Below are positions 8,032 through 17,755 of a stretch of DNA of 64,000 bases, one piece after another. Within the stretch, counting starts at the first letter, position 1; every line of letters begins with the position of its first letter. The stretch comes from Candidatus Nomurabacteria bacterium (GTDB taxonomy: Bacteria > Patescibacteriota > Minisyncoccia > Phycocordibacterales > UBA9973), in the NCBI GenBank assembly GCA_023898605.1, contig CP060230.1:241662-305661 (forward strand), read 5' to 3'. The translations under genes and the position numbers were made by a program. A model generated the notes under the pieces. The model did not search any database, was not told the origin of the DNA, and saw only the letters and a program-made list of their open reading frames with translations.

Positions 8032-10728
8032 TTATACTAGAACATCATCTTTTATTTTTTTCTTTGTTCTTTTTCCTCCAGTTTTTTTGTTTTCGATTAT
8101 TAGGTTTTCAGCCTTCTCATCTATCACAACTGTGTCGTTCTTTAGAAGTTCTCCTTTTATAATCATAGAAGCAACTGGTGAAAGAATTTTGTTTTGGATT
8201 ATTCTATTTAGTGGTCTTGCACCATAGTGCGGGTCATAACCCTCTTTTGCTAGATACTCTAGAGCACTGTTTGAGATCTCTACTTCTATACCTTTGTCTT
8301 TTAGTCTTTGGGTCATCTTCTCTAGTCTTATCTCTACGATTTCTCTTATCACTTCTTTTGACAAGATATCAAACACTATTGTTTCATCTACACGGTTTAG
8401 GAATTCTGGTCTAAAGAAGTCTTTTAGCGCACCATCTACTTTGTCTTTCATGTTTTTGTAATCCTGCTTTTCGGAATTGTTTGAGAATCCCATAGACTCC
8501 ATCTTGTCGATAAATTGTGATCCCAAGTTACTTGTCATGATTATGATTGTATTCTTGAAGTTTACAACTCTACCTTTTCCATCTGTTAGCCTTCCTTCAT
8601 CTAGTACCTGAAGAAGTATATTGAACACCTCTGGGTGCGCCTTCTCGATCTCATCAAACAAAACTACAGAGTATGGTCTATGTCTTACAGCTTCAGTAAA
8701 CTGTCCACTTTCATCATAACCAACATATCCAGGAGGCGAACCTACTAGTTTTGAAACACTGTGTCTTTCCATGTACTCTGACATATCTACTCTTATCAGT
8801 GCTTTTTCATCATTGAACATAAACTCTGCTAGAGTTTTAGTAAGCTCTGTTTTACCAACACCTGTTGGACCTAGGAAAATAAATGATCCTATTGGTTTGT
8901 TCGGGTCACTTATACCAGCACGAGAGCGTCTCACTACGTCTGCGATTTTCTCGATTGCCTCGTCTTGTCCAACAACACGTTTCTTCAGCTCGTCTTCCAT
9001 GCGAGAAAGCTTCTCTCTTTCTTCTTCTAGCATCTTCGACAGTGGTATCCCTGTCCAACGAGAAACAACTTCAGCTATATCTTCTTCGTTGATTTCTTCT
9101 TTCAAGATTCTTCTAGATTTCTGAAGTTTTTTTAGTCTGGTCATTTTCTGATCAAGTTCTTTTTCTAGAACTGGAATTTTTCCATATCTTATTTCTGCAG
9201 CTTTACCGAGATCGCTTCTAGCTTCAGCACTTTCTGCTTCTAGTCTTATAGACTCTAGTTCCTTCTTGATCTTTGATATAGCAGTAAGAAGTTCTTTTTC
9301 GTTCTTCCATCTGATCTCTATATCAGAAGTCTTTTCTTTCAGGTTTGCGATTTCTTTGTTGATTTCATCAATCCTTTCTTTTGTTTTTTTATTTGTTTCT
9401 CCACCAGATTTTTTCTTTGAATCTATTTCTTTCTTGAGGGCTTCTTTTTCTATCTCATATCTCATGATTTTTCTATGGGCGTCTTCTAGAACTTGGGGTT
9501 TATTCTCAAGAGCAATACGAAGTGACGAAGAAGCTTCGTCGATTAGATCGACTGCTTTGTCTGGTAGAAATCTGTTTGTTATATATCTTGTCGAAAAACT
9601 AACAGCCGCAACTATAGCGTCATCAGTTATACGAACTCCATGATAAAGCTCATACTTTTCTTTCAAACCTCTCAAGATTGCTACAGTGTCTTCTACACTT
9701 GGTTCATCTACAAACACAGGTTGAAAACGTCTAGCAAATGCTGGGTCTTTTTCTATGTGTTTTTGGTATTCTTTTAGAGTTGTTGCACCTATAGCTCTTA
9801 GTTCACCTCTAGCAAGAGCAGGTTTTAGCATGTTTGAAGCATCCATAGCTCCTTCTGCTGCACCAGCACCAACTATTGTGTGTATCTCGTCGATAAATAG
9901 GATTATAGTTCCATCTGCCTTTTCCATTTCTTTCATTACACCCTTTAGTCTTTCTTCGAACTCGCCCCTGTATTTTGTTCCAGCAAGAAGGGAACCGATG
10001 TCTAGAGAAACTATCTCTTTGTTTTTTAGAGATTCAGATACATCCCCTTTTGCTATCCTCTGGGCAAGACCTTCTACAGCAGCAGTTTTTCCTGTACCAG
10101 CTTCTCCGATAAGTATAGGATTGTTTTTTGTTCTACGAGAAAGAATCTGCATGATACGCATTATTTCTGTATCTCTTCCTATAACAGGATCTAGCTTGTC
10201 TTCACGAGCCATGTCTGTCAGGTTTCTTGTGTACTTTGAAAGAAGTCTAAATCTTTTTTCTTTTGGATTTGTATCTATCTTTCCGCTTCTTATATCTTCA
10301 AGTATTGTGAGAGCCTCGTCTTTTGATATTTTGAACTTCGCTAGAAAATCTCTTACATCATCTGAAGAATCTAGTATCGCGATAAAAAGGTGTTCTGTCG
10401 ATATAAACTCATCTTTCAAAAATCTTGCGACTTTTCCAGATTGATCGAGAACTTGTGCCAAGTCTGGTGTAACGTATATCTGAAAAGATGGAGAAAGAGT
10501 TTGTGATCTTTCTGGATCTTCTATTATGTCGATTACAGTTTCAGAAAGAAGTTCAACATCTACATTCATTTTTTCTAGTATAGAAATAACGATACTTTCT
10601 TCTTGCATCAAAAGAGCCGCCAACATGTGATATGTGTTTACATGGTTTTGACCACGCTCGACAGCTAGTTCATGAGAGCGCTTGATTGCTTCTTTTGCTT
10701 TTGTTGTGAAATTGTTGAATGGTTGCAT
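8032..10728 (-). CDS. clpB: ATP-dependent chaperone ClpB (Clp_N, two AAA+ modules, coiled-coil M domain)
   Basis: Two Walker A motifs (GEAGTGKTA, GPTGVGKTE), middle coiled coil, 898 aa. Confidence 0.9.
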   Translation of the reverse strand: MQPFNNFTTKAKEAIKRSHELAVERGQNHVNTYHMLAALLMQEESIVISILEKMNVDVELLSETVIDIIEDPERSQTLSPSFQIYVTPDLAQVLDQSGKVARFLKDEFISTEHLFIAILDSSDDVRDFLAKFKISKDEALTILEDIRSGKIDTNPKEKRFRLLSKYTRNLTDMAREDKLDPVIGRDTEIMRIMQILSRRTKNNPILIGEAGTGKTAAVEGLAQRIAKGDVSESLKNKEIVSLDIGSLLAGTKYRGEFEERLKGVMKEMEKADGTIILFIDEIHTIVGAGAAEGAMDASNMLKPALARGELRAIGATTLKEYQKHIEKDPAFARRFQPVFVDEPSVEDTVAILRGLKEKYELYHGVRITDDAIVAAVSFSTRYITNRFLPDKAVDLIDEASSSLRIALENKPQVLEDAHRKIMRYEIEKEALKKEIDSKKKSGGETNKKTKERIDEINKEIANLKEKTSDIEIRWKNEKELLTAISKIKKELESIRLEAESAEARSDLGKAAEIRYGKIPVLEKELDQKMTRLKKLQKSRRILKEEINEEDIAEVVSRWTGIPLSKMLEEEREKLSRMEDELKKRVVGQDEAIEKIADVVRRSRAGISDPNKPIGSFIFLGPTGVGKTELTKTLAEFMFNDEKALIRVDMSEYMERHSVSKLVGSPPGYVGYDESGQFTEAVRHRPYSVVLFDEIEKAHPEVFNILLQVLDEGRLTDGKGRVVNFKNTIIIMTSNLGSQFIDKMESMGFSNNSEKQDYKNMKDKVDGALKDFFRPEFLNRVDETIVFDILSKEVIREIVEIRLEKMTQRLKDKGIEVEISNSALEYLAKEGYDPHYGARPLNRIIQNKILSPVASMIIKGELLKNDTVVIDEKAENLIIENKKTGGKRTKKKIKDDVLV

Positions 10729-10772
10729 AATTCTTTTGTAACTACAACTATACCACTAATAAAGTGATTTGT

Positions 10773-11492
10773 CTATAGAGAGCTAGATCCGATGATTTTT
10801 AGAGATCCAGCGTCATCTCCTATAAATCCTACGATATTTGCCTCTAGATCGACAGCGATCGATCCTAGCCCAGAAACACTAGGTTTGCTAGACATTATGA
10901 TTTCTCTGGTGCCAGAATCTATTGTTTCTATACCAGAAACGTGTGTGCTTTCTAGAAGTAGATTTTCTGGGTTTATAAGCACGATTGTCTCCCCCGTTCT
11001 AGCATTGTCGTCTTTGGGTCCGACGTATTTGAAAGTATTGCCATCTTTTATCGAAGCGATTACTAGTCCGAAAACTTCACTTGTTTTCTCTAGTGGAGAA
11101 AAAGCATCTCCAAAGAAAACTCCGATTGCATCTCTGTCTAAACTATTTTTATAAACAAGATGTGTTTCGTCTATAGCAAAAGCATATCCAACTAGGGTTC
11201 CGTCTTTTGTTGAGATTGCGATTCTCTTATCTTTTGTTTCTTCGAAAACAGAAACCATCAGTTCACCTTCTCCGGGCTGAACAATAACTTGAGTTTTTGG
11301 TTTTGATTCTATATCTTCAGGAACCACTCTTTCTACTGTGTTTTGAACTATTTTATTTATTGTTTGCGTTGTCTGAAGTGGAGCTTCAGCCAAAAGAGAA
11401 GTTGTGATTATAGAAGTTGCGATAGCAGAAACAAAGCTGATCAAAATACAGAGAAGTATCAATTGTGTTTTTGTAAGATCCTCCATTGACAT
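10773..11492 (-). CDS. membrane-anchored trypsin-like (HtrA/S1C-like) domain protein, possibly catalytically degenerate
   Basis: N-terminal TM. The C-terminal region resembles the HtrA protease core, but the GNSGG serine motif is replaced by SGLGS. Confidence 0.4.
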   Translation of the reverse strand: MSMEDLTKTQLILLCILISFVSAIATSIITTSLLAEAPLQTTQTINKIVQNTVERVVPEDIESKPKTQVIVQPGEGELMVSVFEETKDKRIAISTKDGTLVGYAFAIDETHLVYKNSLDRDAIGVFFGDAFSPLEKTSEVFGLVIASIKDGNTFKYVGPKDDNARTGETIVLINPENLLLESTHVSGIETIDSGTREIIMSSKPSVSGLGSIAVDLEANIVGFIGDDAGSLKIIGSSSL

Positions 11493-11530
11493 AACAATAT
11501 TATATCAAAAAAATAAAAGTAAAAAAGGTT

Positions 11531-12769
11531 TTACGATATTTCGTACTTGTCCAAAATATCTAGAAAGTTTTCTACCAACACATCCACGTCTTTGTCAGTA
11601 TTTTCTCTTCCAAAAGATATGCGCACGAATCCGTCATCATGCTTTGGGTCTTTGCCTATAGCAGGAACTATTCTTGCAATCTCTTCTTCAGAAGATCTAC
11701 ACGCACTACCAGACGAAATACTTATTCCCCTCTCATCCATTTCTATAACCATAAGTTCGCTTTGTATCCCCTTTATAAAAATTCCAGAAATAGATGGCGA
11801 CCTAGAAAAGCCATCTTTTTTGCCTAGTATTTCTATTCTGTCAGAAGATTTTGTTTGTATTTCTTTCTCGAACCTGTCTCTTAGTTTAGAAATTTTTTCT
11901 ATATCACGAGTCATGTTTTTTCTTGTCTCATCTATTGCTACGGCAAAAGCGTGAACCAAGGATGGCGAAATAGTTCCAGGATACAAATCTTCTTCATCTT
12001 TGCCTCCCCAAACTATCGGGGTTATAGGTGTAGAATTTTTCACAAAAAGCATAGACGCGCCTGTTGGACCATAACACTTGGAGCTGTTTAGGATCATTCC
12101 ATCTACTCCCAAAGTTTTTGTATCCAGATCCATATAACAAGAAGCTTGGCACGCATCTACAAAAAACGCTGGGTAGTGAAAGTTTCTATCAAGTGTTTCA
12201 GAAAGTTTGCCACCTTCTTTTCTTTTCAAAGTTTCTTTTTTGAAGTTCCTGATTATTTTTGAAATTTCTTTTATATTCTGAACTGTTCCAATCTCGTTGC
12301 TTACATATGTAAAAGAAACCAATACAGTATTTTCTTTGAGAGTGTTTTTAAACTCTTCTTCGTTTATATAACCATACTCGTCACAAGACACTCTGGAAAC
12401 CTCTACTCCTTCTTTTTCAAAGGAATCGAAAATCCCACGAACAGAATCGTGTTCTATCATACTTACGATAACGTGTGGGTTTTGTATCCCACCCTTTTTT
12501 GCAGCAAGCACAACACCTCTTAGAAAAATATTTGATCCGAGTGTAGCAGAAGAAACAAAAAGTATTTCGTCAGAGTTTCCGCCTATGTTTTTGGCCATTA
12601 TGTCTTTGGCTTCTTTTATTATGTTTCTAGCCTCTATTCCGTTTTGATGAATAGAAGAAGAATTACCAAAATACCTTTCTTTCTGGACAAAGTCCTTCAA
12701 AGCCTCTTTTCTAATAGGTGTTCTAGAGGAATAGTCGAAATAAAGCCTGTTTTTTCTACTTTTGAACAT
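11531..12769 (-). CDS. cysteine desulfurase (class V aminotransferase; IscS/NifS-like)
   Basis: Start set at the MFKSRKN Met (12769) rather than the ORF-track start 13279. Motifs SSATLGSN, HK-like region and C-terminal GSACRS active-site Cys loop. Confidence 0.8.
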   Translation of the reverse strand: MFKSRKNRLYFDYSSRTPIRKEALKDFVQKERYFGNSSSIHQNGIEARNIIKEAKDIMAKNIGGNSDEILFVSSATLGSNIFLRGVVLAAKKGGIQNPHVIVSMIEHDSVRGIFDSFEKEGVEVSRVSCDEYGYINEEEFKNTLKENTVLVSFTYVSNEIGTVQNIKEISKIIRNFKKETLKRKEGGKLSETLDRNFHYPAFFVDACQASCYMDLDTKTLGVDGMILNSSKCYGPTGASMLFVKNSTPITPIVWGGKDEEDLYPGTISPSLVHAFAVAIDETRKNMTRDIEKISKLRDRFEKEIQTKSSDRIEILGKKDGFSRSPSISGIFIKGIQSELMVIEMDERGISISSGSACRSSEEEIARIVPAIGKDPKHDDGFVRISFGRENTDKDVDVLVENFLDILDKYEIS

Positions 12770-12824
12770 ACTCCGATTATATACCTTTTTTGCCTCAAAA
12801 GCATTTGGTATAATTTGGCTTATC

Positions 12825-13283
12825 ATGATGAACATAGAACTTTTTCTAGCGACACTTGGAACTCTGTTTGGGGCTTTTTCTATTTTTCTTATACTCAAAC
12901 AAAACAGAAAACTAAAGAAGTTTTTTGCTGGGAAAAATGCAGGTGATCTAGAATATGTTCTAGAAGATATAATCAAAGCACTAAAAACAGAAATACAAAA
13001 ACGAGAACACTCTGACACAAGGATAAAAGAACTCGAAGAAGAATCAGAAAAATCTTTGCGTGGACTTGGTATTGTTAGATACAACCCGTTTCCAGATGTT
13101 GGTGGCATGCAAAGCTTCTGCGTAGCTCTTCTAAACGAAAAAAGAGACGGTTTTGTCATCTCTTCTTTGTATGCAAGAGACAGAATGAGTCTTTTCTGTA
13201 AACCTATAAACAACCTATCTTCAGAGTTCGAACTTTCTACCGAAGAAAAGCAAGCCCTCGACAAAGCACTAAAAAACATATAA
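12825..13283 (+). CDS. DUF4446 family protein
   Basis: N-terminal TM plus YNPFPDVGGMQSFCVALLNEKRDGFVISSLYARD motif. TATAAT at 12810-12815 immediately upstream (leaderless-like). Confidence 0.6.
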   Translation: MMNIELFLATLGTLFGAFSIFLILKQNRKLKKFFAGKNAGDLEYVLEDIIKALKTEIQKREHSDTRIKELEEESEKSLRGLGIVRYNPFPDVGGMQSFCVALLNEKRDGFVISSLYARDRMSLFCKPINNLSSEFELSTEEKQALDKALKNI

Positions 13284-13358
13284 TATCTCTAAGTACAAGA
13301 AAACCAATGCGCCAAAAGCGTTTTTTGTCTTTTCTAACCCTAAATCCTTATTTTTACT

Positions 13359-14858
13359 ATGAAAAAAGCTGAAGAAAAAATAATAAAGAGGCCTCCGGTT
13401 GTGGTAGTTATGGGACACGTTGATCATGGAAAATCAACGCTTTTGGACTATATCAGAAGCTCAAACATAGTAGCGGGAGAAGCTGGTGGTATAACCCAGC
13501 ATCTTGGTGCATATGAAATAACTCACAAAACCTCTGAAGGAGATGAAAGAAAGATTACTTTTATCGACACACCAGGACACGAAGCTTTTTCTTCTATGAG
13601 GAGCAGAGGTGCAAATGTAGCCGATATAGGGATACTAATCATCGCAGCAGATGACGGTATAAAAAAACAAACTAAAGAAGCTTACGAGACTATCAAGACT
13701 GCTAACCTTCCATTTGTTGTAGCGATAAATAAAATAGACAAGCCAGATGCAAACGTAGACAGAATAAAAACAGAACTTATGGAAATGGGTGTTTTTCTAG
13801 AAGGATTTGGTGGAACAACACCATATGCAGAAATATCTGCAAAAACAGGTTCTGGAATAGACTCTCTCATGGATATGATAATCCTTACAGCAGATCTAGA
13901 AGACTGGAAGGGAGATCTCGGTAAAAAGGGCGAAGGAGTCGTCATAGAAACAAACCTAGATACCAAGAGGGGTATAACTGCTGTATTGGTTGTAAAAGAT
14001 GGAAAGATAGAAAAAGGTGACTATATAGTTGTAGGAGATGCTATAGCTCCTACAAGAATTTTTGAAGACACTAGCGGAAAGCAAATCAAAGAAGCTCGCT
14101 TCTCTACTCCAATAAAAATAACTGGTTTCGATAAAGAACCAGAAGCTGGAGAAATATTTGAAACATACGAAAACAAAAAAGACGCAGAAAAAGCCGCAAA
14201 AGAAAATGCAGAAAACCAAACCAAATCTGAAGGCTTTGAAGAAAAAGAAGGGCAATACGCTATCCCTATAGTTATAAAAACAGATGTTCGCGGAACATGC
14301 GAAGCTATAGAGAAAAAAATCAAAGAACTAGAGCAAGATACCGTTACTTATAAAATCGTTCATAGCGGAACAGGTTCTATAAACGAATCAGATATAAAAA
14401 GATTCCCTGCTGGAGAAGATGGCATAATCGTTGGCTTCAACTCAAAACTAGACAATGCTGCAAAAGAAGCACTCGAAGGAACAAAGATAGACGTTCAACT
14501 TTTCGATATAATCTACAAACTAACTGAATGGTTAGAGGAAGAAATGGAAAAAAGAAGACCAAGACAAGAAGTAGAGGAAATTGTCGGAAAAGTAAAAATC
14601 ATAAAAGTATTCAATCAGTCCAAAAACAAGCAAGTTGTTGGAGGAAAAGTCATAGAGGGCTATATAAAATCTAACTCAAAAATCAAAATAGATAGGAGAG
14701 AAAATATCTTGGGAATAGGAGAAATAGACAAACTAGAAGCGGCCAGAGCAAAAGTAGGCGAAGTCAAAGAAGGTACAGAGTGCGGTATGATGATCGACTC
14801 AAGAGTCGAGATTGCACCAGGAGACGTACTTGTAGTTACAGAAAGAAAAACTATATAA
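13359..14858 (+). CDS. infB: translation initiation factor IF-2 (short form lacking the N-terminal domains)
   Basis: G-domain motifs GHVDHGKST, DTPGH, NKID. Followed by rbfA. Confidence 0.9.
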   Translation: MKKAEEKIIKRPPVVVVMGHVDHGKSTLLDYIRSSNIVAGEAGGITQHLGAYEITHKTSEGDERKITFIDTPGHEAFSSMRSRGANVADIGILIIAADDGIKKQTKEAYETIKTANLPFVVAINKIDKPDANVDRIKTELMEMGVFLEGFGGTTPYAEISAKTGSGIDSLMDMIILTADLEDWKGDLGKKGEGVVIETNLDTKRGITAVLVVKDGKIEKGDYIVVGDAIAPTRIFEDTSGKQIKEARFSTPIKITGFDKEPEAGEIFETYENKKDAEKAAKENAENQTKSEGFEEKEGQYAIPIVIKTDVRGTCEAIEKKIKELEQDTVTYKIVHSGTGSINESDIKRFPAGEDGIIVGFNSKLDNAAKEALEGTKIDVQLFDIIYKLTEWLEEEMEKRRPRQEVEEIVGKVKIIKVFNQSKNKQVVGGKVIEGYIKSNSKIKIDRRENILGIGEIDKLEAARAKVGEVKEGTECGMMIDSRVEIAPGDVLVVTERKTI

Positions 14859-14862
14859 AACT

Positions 14863-15189
14863 ATGCAAGACAAAAAAGGCTACGAAGAAATAATAAGAGA
14901 GGTTGTTGCAAAATGGATCTCAAAAGAAGCGAGCAGTGCTTCGCTTATTACTGTGACTGGAGTATCTTATGAGAAAAAAGGAAACAAATGTTTCGTCCAT
15001 ATAACAGTAATGCCAGAAGAAAAAGAAAAAGCTGTTCTAGATTTTCTAAAAAGAAACGTTGTTGAACTCAGAAAGCATGTTGGTAGTGTTGTAAAAAATC
15101 ACAAAGTTCCTTTTATAGAAGTGCACTTAGACGCGGGTGAGAAAAATCGTTATCGAATAATAGAACTTCTAGAGCAAGACAAAGATTGA
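14863..15189 (+). CDS. rbfA: ribosome-binding factor A
   Basis: Size and position immediately after infB. KH-like RbfA pattern. Confidence 0.7.
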   Translation: MQDKKGYEEIIREVVAKWISKEASSASLITVTGVSYEKKGNKCFVHITVMPEEKEKAVLDFLKRNVVELRKHVGSVVKNHKVPFIEVHLDAGEKNRYRIIELLEQDKD

Positions 15190-15290
15190 GAATAAGGGTT
15201 TTATTTGCTATATTTTCTTTATTCTTCTTGTAAGATTTGGATAGAGTGGTGAAGATAAAAAAAGGATCTGCAACCCCACACAAACAAAGG

Positions 15291-15364
15291 AGGTGCAGGC
15301 CGGATTCGAACCGGCGCATAGCGGTTTTGCAGACCGCCGCGTTGACCATCTTCGCCACTGCACC
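15291..15364 (-). tRNA. tRNA-Cys(GCA)
   Basis: Reverse complement: acceptor ggugcag/cugcacc, anticodon loop cuGCAaa, T-arm ccgGTTCGAATCcgg. Confidence 0.85.
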
Positions 15365-15500
15365 ATAAAAACAATTAGGAGTTCACTATACCAAAATTGA
15401 AGTGATACTTCAAACCGTTTGTGAAGGGGCGAATCCAAGGACTCGCACCTCCCCACCTGCCCGAATAGACGACCTAGTTTAGGCGGGACTGCCCGGGTGA

Positions 15501-15534
15501 TGGAGTAGGTAGACATAGGGGACTTAAAATCCAT
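15501..15534 (+). repeat. Duplicated 5' half of tRNA-Leu(UAA) (acceptor replaced by gcccggg; D-arm and anticodon stem 5' side retained), directly abutting the intact gene
   Basis: gcccgggtgatggagtaggtagacataggggacttaaaatcca versus the gene gctgggatgatggaataggtagacataggggacttaaaatcccc. Confidence 0.7.
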
Positions 15535-15620
15535 GCTGGGATGATGGAATAGGTAGACATAGGGGACTTAAAATCCCCAGGCAATTAAATGCCGTGCGGG
15601 TTCGATTCCCGCTCCCAGCA
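15535..15620 (+). tRNA. tRNA-Leu(UAA)
   Basis: Acceptor gcuggga/ucccagc, anticodon loop cuUAAaa, long variable arm, T-arm gcgggTTCGATTcccgc. Confidence 0.85.
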
Positions 15621-15687
15621 CAAGATTTTTAGATTTGCGAGTTCCCTGTGTGCCGACATAAAACGCGTGCTTTTAAATTCTAACCTA

Positions 15688-16416
15688 ATGAAAATAATTA
15701 AAAACAAAAAGTGTTTGATATCAATAATAACCTTATTTATATTGGGGTCTATATTTTTTGCTATTGATCAATATAAGTCATACAAAAACACAAAAAGAAA
15801 CGTTGAGAAATCAGAAAGAGAATTTAATATAGAAAACAACAAGATAAATAATACTGACCCGGATGAGTCAAGTAACTCTATTGATACCAAAGAAAGTTCT
15901 GAACCCAAAAAATCAGTAGAAGACTTTGTGTTTGATACCAATTTTTTAGATGGAGACTGGAATATACAAGAAAATGATGGATCTCAGGAATACAAAGAAA
16001 TGACAAAAGTATATGAATCAAACTCTCATAATTACATAAACGACATAAAAGGAACTCTTTGGTTTACCCAAAAAGAAAACCTTGATTATCAAAAATCTAT
16101 TTCATATGAAAAAGAACTTTCCGAATATTATGATTTGTATTTAAAAGAATACGGCTGGGAAAAATACATATCAATCCCAGAGCAAAACTTGGAACTAGTG
16201 CCGTATTTATACGATTCGATAAATGTAACAGGTTATGGATATTTATCGATTGATAAAAATAACAATATAAGGATTTTGAATATTTCTATAGAGTCTTCTG
16301 GGATTATATCTCCTCAAGATAATTTCCCCCCAGAAATACTTCCCCCTTTCTACTTAGTAGTCAAAATCTTTATAAGCAACCCCTTGTCTATAAATGAAAT
16401 AATAAATGAAATCTAG
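15688..16416 (+). CDS. hypothetical membrane-anchored, Asn-rich secreted protein (start reset to MKIIKNKK; the ORF-track start overlaps the tRNA)
   Basis: N-terminal TM/signal anchor. Low-complexity ectodomain. Confidence 0.5.
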   Translation: MKIIKNKKCLISIITLFILGSIFFAIDQYKSYKNTKRNVEKSEREFNIENNKINNTDPDESSNSIDTKESSEPKKSVEDFVFDTNFLDGDWNIQENDGSQEYKEMTKVYESNSHNYINDIKGTLWFTQKENLDYQKSISYEKELSEYYDLYLKEYGWEKYISIPEQNLELVPYLYDSINVTGYGYLSIDKNNNIRILNISIESSGIISPQDNFPPEILPPFYLVVKIFISNPLSINEIINEI

Positions 16417-16446
16417 ATTGGGATAAAGAAACTTTATTTTATTAAT

Positions 16447-16474
16447 TTGACACCAAAAGTCTTTTTGCTATAAT
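16447..16474 (+). promoter_or_regulatory. Near-consensus sigma70-type promoter (TTGACA, 16-nt spacer, TATAAT)
   Basis: Read directly. A terminator at 16504-16536 follows only ~35 nt downstream. Confidence 0.4.
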
Positions 16475-16503
16475 TAAAGTACACAGTGGCTTAGGCCTCC
16501 GAG

Positions 16504-16536
16504 AAAGCCCCGCATTAGCGGGGCTTTCGATTTTCA
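16504..16536. terminator. Rho-independent terminator (agccccgc-atta-gcggggct plus T-run)
   Basis: Perfect 8-bp GC stem. The same stem sequence recurs at 45005-45033. Confidence 0.6.
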
Positions 16537-16559
16537 TAAAATTTCCTTAAATTTTAATC

Positions 16560-16915
16560 TCATTGGTTCAAATTCATCATTTGAGACCGTGCCTATTTTA
16601 CGAAGTAACCTCTTTGAGTCCAAAACTCTAGTTTGATCCAAAAGAGCAAAACCCTGAATATTATTATGGGTTATTTTAGATTGAAATTTTTCTAACTTTT
16701 TTTTTGGTAGATAAAGGTAGACAAATAAACGTATCTTGACTTAACTTTTTAAGAATTATTATTGGTCTTTCAAAATTATCACCTCTTCCGTCCTGTTCTC
16801 TTCCTATGTTTATACCAAAACACGCCCACCAAATTTCACGACGATGAAAAAGTTTTTTAGTGCCATTATTATTTATATTCTTTTTTTCCTTGATCCAAGA
16901 ATCAAAATTTTTCAT
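16560..16915 (-). pseudogene. mazF: MazF/PemK-family toxin gene interrupted by a frameshift in an A9/T9 homopolymer (16697-16705)
   Basis: N-terminal 79 aa (RREIWWACFGINIGREQDGRGDNFERPIIIL) is MazF-like. The C-terminal continuation (ITHNNIQGFALLDQTRVLDSKRLLRKIGTVSNDEFEP) is in another frame downstream of the poly-A tract. Confidence 0.6.
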
Positions 16916-17084
16916 TATTACTTATAATACCACTTTTATTTTATTTAGATATAAATTTAATATGATTTCGTAAATACATTTACATAACAAGTTGCTTGCA
17001 GTAATTCCCGCCCTGGGCACACAATAGATAACAAAAAGACCCATACGGGTCTTTTTGTTATGTGCTCGTACTGAGCTTATCGAA

Positions 17085-17104
17085 GTGCGCGGGAGAGGAC
17101 TTGG
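17085..17104 (-). repeat. Copy of the 3' end (T-arm 3' side plus acceptor 3' strand) of tRNA-Leu(UAG), ~160 nt downstream of the gene
   Basis: gtgcgcgggagaggacttgg is identical to 17262-17281. Confidence 0.6.
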
Positions 17105-17262
17105 TCAGGAGTTCCTTCGAAAAATCTCAGGACTCACGACCCTGGCTCGGTCACATCACTCACTTTGTTCGTGATGGCTTCGCAACCTCCGCCTTTCAAG
17201 TCCCCTCTCGTGGTAAAAAATAAATCACCCAATGCTTTCGCATTGGGTTCATTATTATTTTG

Positions 17263-17344
17263 TGCGCGGGAGAGGACTTGAACCTCCACGGATTGCTCCA
17301 CTAGTTCCTAAGACTAGCGCGTCTACCAATTTCGCCACCCGCGC
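17263..17344 (-). tRNA. tRNA-Leu(UAG)
   Basis: Reverse complement: acceptor gcgcggg/cccgcgc, anticodon loop cuUAGga, long variable arm, T-arm ggaggTTCAAGTccucu. Confidence 0.8.
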
Positions 17345-17522
17345 ATGTTTATTAAAAAATTTTAATTATTTTTGCATTTAATTTATACCACAAAACAAAT
17401 ATATTTGTGCGCCCATTCGTAGCTTTACCTTGTTCTTCGTAGCCTTGGCAAAGAAGAAGCGAAGGAGGGCCACCCGCGCATATAAAGTTTTCAAAACTTT
17501 ATTGGATTATACAAATCCAATG

Positions 17523-17596
17523 TCCGCCCACTTGGACTCGAACCAAGGACCAATCGCTTAAGAGGCGAGTGCTCTACCAGCTGAGCTATGGGCGGT
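17523..17596 (-). tRNA. tRNA-Lys(CUU)
   Basis: Reverse complement: acceptor ccgccca/ugggcgg, D-arm AGCUCAGCUGGUAGAGC, anticodon loop cuCUUaa (C-U mismatch at the top of the stem), T-arm cuuggTTCGAGTccaag. Confidence 0.75.
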
Positions 17597-17607
17597 AATT
17601 TCAAAAC

Positions 17608-17755
17608 CCATAGCGAAGCCAAAAGCTGCCTGTCCACCGTAGCCCGTCAGGGCGAAGGTGGAAGCTATGGGCGGATTTGTATCGTTCCATAGCGAAGCCA
17701 AAAGCTGCCTGTCCACCGTAGCCCGTCAGGGCGAAGGTGGAAGCTATGGGCGGAT
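17608..17755. repeat. Two tandem copies (period 79 nt) of a 68-nt hairpin unit whose end equals the first 12 nt of tRNA-Lys (ccgcccatagct)
   Basis: Units 17608-17675 and 17687-17755 are essentially identical. Each holds a nested hairpin (ccacc-gtagcccgtcagggcgaa-ggtgg) between ccatagc...gctatgg arms. Confidence 0.75.

Noticed and set aside
9755-10444. 229-aa plus-strand ORF, plus several 70-125-aa ORFs at 8178-9643
   Set aside because: Antisense shadows within clpB. Ser/Ile/Phe-rich low-complexity translations.
11531-13279. Full 582-aa ORF as a single gene
   Set aside because: The first 170 codons are low-complexity and overlap the plus-strand DUF4446 gene. The cysteine desulfurase homology begins at the internal Met (12769).
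15395-15500. GC-rich segment between tRNA-Cys and tRNA-Leu(UAA) that looks tRNA-like (ggggcgaatccaagg..., cctccccacc, gcccg...cgggc)
   Set aside because: I could not fold a canonical cloverleaf on either strand. Possibly a degraded tRNA or leader structure. Left unannotated.
15589-15687. 5' extension of ORF 15589-16416 (MPCGFDSRSQHK...)
   Set aside because: Overlaps the 3' end of tRNA-Leu(UAA). The real start is the Met at 15688, followed by a TM helix.
17608-17755. Possible CRISPR array
   Set aside because: Only two repeat units, an 11-nt 'spacer', and units containing tRNA-Lys 5'-end sequence. No cas genes nearby.
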